This document shows, one piece after another, positions 57,274-64,000 of a stretch of DNA of 64,000 bases. Under the pieces are notes generated by a model. That model saw only the letters and a list, made by a program, of their open reading frames with translations. It was not told where the DNA came from and searched no databases. Both the position numbers and the translations under genes were made by a program. Each line of letters opens with the position of its first letter. The first letter of the stretch is position 1. The stretch comes from Candidatus Dadabacteria bacterium (GTDB lineage Bacteria; Desulfobacterota_D; UBA1144; Nemesobacterales; CSP1-2): NCBI GenBank assembly GCA_963805855.1, contig CAWDVW010000002.1:128001-192000 (forward strand), read 5' to 3'.

Positions 57274-58230
57274 ATGTTAAACGACCTTTTCATCGTAGAT
57301 GCACATGAAGATATAGCATTTCACCTAAGTTTCTTTAAAAGGGATTTTGTAAATCCAACCATCCCGTGCATGATAACCCTTCCCTGGTTGAAACAGGGAA
57401 ACATAAGGCTCGTATTTAACACGATATTTGTTCATCCAGAATTTAAACCGAACAGAACAAGGAGAGTAGCACTAAAACAGTTTGAAATCTATGAAAAGTT
57501 ATTTGACGAACACAAGGATAGCATAATGCAGATTAAAGATGCCGAGGACCTTTTAGAATTGCAGAATAACTCAAAAATCGGATTTCTCACCCTCATGGAA
57601 GGAGCAGAGCCAATCAATGAACCTGACAAATTAAACGAATTTCACGGTAAAGGGGTTCGCATCATAGGGCTTGCCTGGAATGACCGGAATCGATATGCAT
57701 CGGGAACAGATTCTAGATCGGGATTAACCAATGAGGGTAAAGAATTGGTTAAACGAATGAATGATTTGAGAATTACACTTGATTTATCTCATCTTAACGA
57801 AAACGGTTTTTGGGAAGCATTAGAGATTTGCGAGATAATTCCCATCGCCACTCATTCGAACGCACGAGCTATCACGGATCATCCAAGGAATCTGAAGGAT
57901 GATCAACTTCGTGCAATCACCCAAAGAGGCGGTGTTATCGGCTTAGTGCTTTATAACGATTTTCTCAGGACAGGCAGTCAAACACCCACACTTGAAGATA
58001 TTTTTACCCATGCAGATTACATGGTAAACCTCTGTGGGGAAGACCATGTCGGAATTGGAAGCGATCTCGATGGCGGTAGGGTTGAGGCATTCCCAAATGA
58101 CATACGCACGGTTGCCGACCTACCAAAGATCGCAGACTTTTTCTTAGAAAAAGGCTACTCAGAGAAAAGGGTGAGAAAAATCATGGGGGGCAATTTCCTT
58201 AGAGTATTAAAAGAGAACCTCGACCAGTAG
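57274..58230 (+). CDS. Membrane/renal dipeptidase family (M19)
   Basis: DAHED, EGA, DLSHL, ATHSN, HPRNL.D, GIGSDLDG and GGNFLRV motifs. Confidence 0.92.
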   Translation: MLNDLFIVDAHEDIAFHLSFFKRDFVNPTIPCMITLPWLKQGNIRLVFNTIFVHPEFKPNRTRRVALKQFEIYEKLFDEHKDSIMQIKDAEDLLELQNNSKIGFLTLMEGAEPINEPDKLNEFHGKGVRIIGLAWNDRNRYASGTDSRSGLTNEGKELVKRMNDLRITLDLSHLNENGFWEALEICEIIPIATHSNARAITDHPRNLKDDQLRAITQRGGVIGLVLYNDFLRTGSQTPTLEDIFTHADYMVNLCGEDHVGIGSDLDGGRVEAFPNDIRTVADLPKIADFFLEKGYSEKRVRKIMGGNFLRVLKENLDQ

Positions 58231-58340
58231 AAATAAAAAATCCCCTCTTACTTTTTGACCCCTTAGAAAAGCCGTTCACACTGAGCCGAGTCGAAGTGTG
58301 AATAAAAAACCATAAGTATCTGTTCATATTCACAAATAAT

Positions 58341-58697
58341 TCATTCTACCGGTTCGATGACGGCTTTCATAGATCCATTACTCCTGGAAAGCCGCCAATC
58401 AGGACCATAAGAGAGGATTTGATTTTGTTTCTCCTCCGCAGCCTTTTTTGTTGATGTGAAAACGACAACCCTTCCCATTAAATCTACCGTGCAGGCCATC
58501 TCAAAAGCTCTGGTGCTGCCATGTCCGAAGATTTTCATCAGCATTTCGATTACATAATCATAGGTATGCTCGTTATCATCTAACAAAACAACATTATATT
58601 GTGGGGTTATACGCAGATATCTTTTTAATTCCGAGATATTTTTTATCTTTATTCTTGGTTCGTTCCCCGATTCTGAATCAAAAAAATTGCCAATCAT
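58341..58697 (-). CDS. clpS: ATP-dependent Clp protease adaptor ClpS (variant)
   Basis: YNVVLLDDNEHTYDYVIEML..IFG...A...A..VD..GR.VV...AE; start uncertain. Confidence 0.8.
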   Translation of the reverse strand: MIGNFFDSESGNEPRIKIKNISELKRYLRITPQYNVVLLDDNEHTYDYVIEMLMKIFGHGSTRAFEMACTVDLMGRVVVFTSTKKAAEEKQNQILSYGPDWRLSRSNGSMKAVIEPVE

Positions 58698-58791
58698 GTG
58701 AAATATATTATGGTTCCTCAAGTGAATATTACCATATAAATGTTGCAGAGCACCCTTACTTTCATCAATCCTAACATTTAATGTTATCTGT

Positions 58792-59037
58792 CTATCTCAT
58801 CCATTCCTCCATCAACCGTTTGATCTGGGTTTGATATGGAGTTCCATTTACTTTTGCTTTGGCCCTGAAAGCATTGAGTAAATTGTCGGGAACCTTGATA
58901 CTGAAAAGCTTAGTCCTCTGCGATTTATCGTATGAATGAAGGTTCCTGAAATCTTCGAGAAATTGAAGGATCTGTTCTGGTCTCATTGAACCACATCTTT
59001 CTAAATATTCTTTTGAAAAATATTGTACTGAATTCAT
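58792..59037 (-). CDS. CopG/BrnA-like ribbon-helix-helix antitoxin-type protein
   Basis: SIKVP..LL..F..KA...G.PYQTQIK.LM pattern; start overlaps the upstream stop (ATGA). Confidence 0.75.
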   Translation of the reverse strand: MNSVQYFSKEYLERCGSMRPEQILQFLEDFRNLHSYDKSQRTKLFSIKVPDNLLNAFRAKAKVNGTPYQTQIKRLMEEWMR

Positions 59038-59246
59038 TTCTTCAGACTCCTTAAGGCTTTAATATCCTCTAAGTCCTGAGGACTACCACTCTTTTGTTTC
59101 ATTTGTATCAGGTCCTCCAGTGAGACCACTCTCAGCATGAAATTACCACTACGTATTTTTTTCATTTTCATATTTCTTAAATCGTCAGTAATTATGATAT
59201 CAACACTATCAGCGAAAAGATGTGCGTGCCCTGTTCTTTTACCCAA
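59034..59246 (-). pseudogene. C-terminal remnant of a nucleotidyltransferase-family protein
   Basis: VVSLEDLIQMK..SG.PQDLEDI..L is a C-terminal motif. I found no N-terminal catalytic part or RBS. Confidence 0.55.
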
Positions 59247-59298
59247 CCCAATTCATCAAGAGTTTGATCAATTGAAGCGATATTTCCTTCGACTTTGT

Positions 59299-60199
59299 TT
59301 ATGGGTTTGAAGCGATGAAGTCATTTATATATTCGCCGATCTGTTGCGGTGCATCCTCCTGGAGAAAGTGGCTAGCATCCTCAATTTCGTGAGTGGTGGC
59401 CTGCGGGTAGACCTTTTGCCACCAGCGCAAGACAGAGGGGGGGAGTACCGGGTCAAGCATACCCCACAAGATTAGCGTGGGCGTTTTTGCAAATAGGGAT
59501 AAACTCTTTTCGATACGCTGCATCTCGAGGTATGACGGATCAGCCTCAGTCACTGGAATATCGCGTGACCAACACAACATCGCTACACGCGATTCCCGCG
59601 TGGGGAACGGCGCTCGATAAGCATCCATCACCAGGTCTGTTAGCCGCTCGGCGTGATGGGTGGTTCCGGTCAAAGCCCGTTCGAGGTATCCGTTCCTTTC
59701 GAGAACAAACTTCTCGCCGCCGGAAGAGCGAATCATCTCGATGAGTCGAGGGAATGGTGCGCCCTGGCCACCGCGCTGAGGCCCAGGAATTGGTGATTAC
59801 CAAACGCTTGATGCGGTCAGGTTGACGAATCGCAAAGCCAAGACCCACCGGGCCGCCCCAGTCATGTACCACGAGTGTAATTTGTCGTAGATTAAGTCCG
59901 ATCAATAGGGCTTCGAGATTGGCGACGTGATGGGCAAGCCGATAGGGATACGGCTGCCGAGGCACTTCTGATTTTCCCATTCCCATGTGGTCCGGCACGA
60001 TACAACGAGCTCTCTCGGAGAGCACTGGAATGAAGTTACGCCAAAGATAGCCCCAAGTCGGGTCGCCGTGGAGCAGGACAATAGGATCACCCTCGCCTTC
60101 ATCAACGAAGTGCATGTTGAAACCATTCACATGCCGGTAGTTCGGCGCAAAAGGATAGGTATCACCGAATGTTTCGCATTCGATTATTCCGTCTTGCAT
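59299..60199 (-). pseudogene. Haloalkane dehalogenase/OleB-like alpha/beta hydrolase split by a frameshift near 59762
   Basis: N-half has HGDPTW and HDWGG; C-half has WG..DPV and ASHFLQED. The span is 901 nt, i.e. 300 codons + 1. Confidence 0.85.
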
Positions 60200-60253
60200 C
60201 TGAAGCCATGTTGTTAAAAAAAGGGGGACATTTTTCTGTAATCTTTGATACTC

Positions 60254-60300
60254 AGAATACTAAGAACCTGATTTCAGGTCAAGAACAGAGATTAGAAAAA
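60254..60300 (-). promoter_or_regulatory. Sigma70-like promoter with palindromic operator, copy 1
   Basis: TTGACC-tgaaatcaggttcttag(17)-TATTCT, containing the palindrome ACCTGA-aa-TCAGGT. Confidence 0.65.
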
Positions 60301-60641
60301 AGCCTGTAGTGATCCCCTCAACCGTTCGTCCTGAGCCCGTCGAAGGATGAACAGATTCGACAGGTCTGACCAGTTACGCAAAAAAAACTGATTAACTTAC
60401 GAACAGCGAGGCTATCCGTGGAAATCATTCTTAATCGAAAAAGGCTGCGGCCCATTTTCTATTTTTCAGAATAGCATAGGAGACGAAAAAAAGATAAGAA
60501 GTTATATACTCTTATCGAAGGAATTAATTCTCGTGCCAAGGCCTGACACCTTTACTTTTCGAACCGGTCGGCAAAGCATTTGGGTAAGCATGCAACATAA
60601 CGAGCAGAATTTTGGCAGCTCGATTAGCTTGCTATACGGTT

Positions 60642-61229
60642 TCATTTTTGTCCGGCCGGGTAAGACACTTTTTGTCCACTCAAAATGATCATTTTCTCGT
60701 CGGTTAATCTTTTTATGATGTTATCGACTTTAGCACTATCCATTTTATCCCTTGATCCGATAAATGCCTTCAACGTTCGAATACTTTTTGGCCTTCTTGC
60801 CAGATCAATCTTAAGCAGCATCTTAAGTATCTTCGCGAATATACCGTCGTCATCCACTTCCTTGCGGGTTATAAATTCCTCTAATTGAGTTATTCTCTTA
60901 CATTGTATTCCGGAACTTTCCAAATATCTCACGAGCGGATCAAAACCTTTATCTTTGGATAAAATGAAAAACGATGCTTGCTTATGAATAGCAGATAACT
61001 TTCCAAGATAAAAGGAAATATGAAAATCAAGGGCATTTCTCCCACTTCCCTTAATTTTGATCCATTGAACCCGATTTCCATAAGGCTGGGTCGCTCTAAC
61101 CAGGTCATAATCAATTTTATTCTGGTTATCCCCGGCGAAAATAAACACGTTTTGATTTTCATGAATCGCGGGGATTCCAGCAGGCCGAACATTTTCAAAA
61201 TCGATAAGCAAATATTCCGTTACACTCAT
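60642..61229 (-). CDS. PIN-like (NYN/LabA-related) domain protein
   Basis: LIDFENV, G.NALDFHI.FYLG and ILSKDKGFDPL motifs. Confidence 0.85.
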   Translation of the reverse strand: MSVTEYLLIDFENVRPAGIPAIHENQNVFIFAGDNQNKIDYDLVRATQPYGNRVQWIKIKGSGRNALDFHISFYLGKLSAIHKQASFFILSKDKGFDPLVRYLESSGIQCKRITQLEEFITRKEVDDDGIFAKILKMLLKIDLARRPKSIRTLKAFIGSRDKMDSAKVDNIIKRLTDEKMIILSGQKVSYPAGQK

Positions 61230-61345
61230 GTCATCTCTGCATTTCTTCTCAATCCCTATAGCTACCAATTAGACAGCAAAAATGCAGGATAATAATCAAA
61301 AAGAGATGCTATTCCGCAAATCATTGTCTAATCTAATTAAAATCT

Positions 61346-61392
61346 AGAATACAAAAAACCTGATTTCAGGTCAAGAAGGGAGAATGGAAAAA
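61346..61392 (-). promoter_or_regulatory. Sigma70-like promoter with palindromic operator, copy 2
   Basis: TTGACC-tgaaatcaggttttttg(17)-TATTCT. 21 bp (61357-61377) are identical to 60265-60285. Confidence 0.65.
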
Positions 61393-62097
61393 GAGCTCCA
61401 GAAGAAACGTAACTATAAGGTTCGTGAGACCAAAAGACACAAGCGCCATTCAATTCGCACCGAAAAGAGCTACTTCGCATAGATGATTGGCGATTACGTC
61501 CTTCGACCGTAGCACGGTTCTTTGCCTTACTCATCTAATCCTCCTCGCGCGGCCTAACCTCCGGCCGCGTTGAAGTCACGCGAACGCATTACAGCTGAAA
61601 ACCTCTAACGACTGCTTATACCGAAAGCTGTTGTCGCTTTCTCGATGCTACAACAAGCCAGATTCCATGTCAATATGGAAAATGTAGAAGCGCCGTTAGT
61701 GGCAAGTCGAACCGTGAAAAAAAGGACCTTTCACCTCCACCCCCTCAATTCTACCAAGGGTAAGCACTCTTCAACGAAAGGGGCTTCCCGCCCAATTTCT
61801 TTTCGTATAAAACCCGTTAACACTCAGCCATGAACTTAAATCCGAGGTTGGAAAACCTCGGCTAGCGAGGCACATTAGGACCTCTAAAAGAACAGTTTAA
61901 CAATTAGCCAATCGAAAAGTTCTAAAGACATCATTCAACCCTGCTCAGCATGAGCGGACTGACACCCGTCGAAAAGTGATGATAATTTAGATTTTGGATT
62001 GAAAAACAGGAATGGTCAATCTTTGACAGCTGGATATTGTGCTGACCCCGTGAGATGATTTAAGCTATCTCACAGGGCTGAGATTTTTGGCGCTACT

Positions 62098-62118
62098 TGT
62101 AAGGGCTTTCAAGCCCTG

Positions 62119-62120
<2 letters not shown>
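62098..62120. other. Hairpin abutting the 23S rRNA 3' end
   Basis: tgtaAGGGCT-ttca-AGCCCTgca. Confidence 0.4.

Positions 62121-64000
<1,880 letters not shown>

Overview
Bacterial chromosomal window, mostly AT-rich and gene-dense. The gene content looks deltaproteobacteria-like (possibly Ca. Dadabacteria); that is inference only. From left to right it holds: (i) a coupled operon of N-formylglutamate amidohydrolase, a QEGLA/DUF1704 (MATCAP-like) metallopeptidase and a GshB-like ATP-grasp ligase; (ii) a ~23 kb minus-strand alpha-glucan/trehalose cluster (GH13 amylase, malQ, treY, glgX, cax, treZ, glgB, treS-maltokinase fusion, glgE, CBM48 protein, GH63-like glucosidase); (iii) housekeeping genes (efp, yacG, gmhA, mutL, tRNA-Val(CAC), gyrB, dcd, pheS, secF/secD/yajC/tgt, dapB, yicC, sucD, clpS); (iv) a 1.5 kb islet (ParE-like toxin/antitoxin, DUF805) bracketed by gyrB's 3' end and a diverged 93-bp copy of it; (v) an accessory patch below the 23S rRNA, in which a frameshifted haloalkane-dehalogenase-like gene and a PIN-like gene are each preceded by the same promoter/palindrome; (vi) the 3' ~1.9 kb of 23S rRNA with no recognisable linked 5S. 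Intergenic DNA carries several dispersed palindromic repeat families. I saw no CRISPR array, integrase or transposase. All family calls come from motif recognition by eye, not from database searches.
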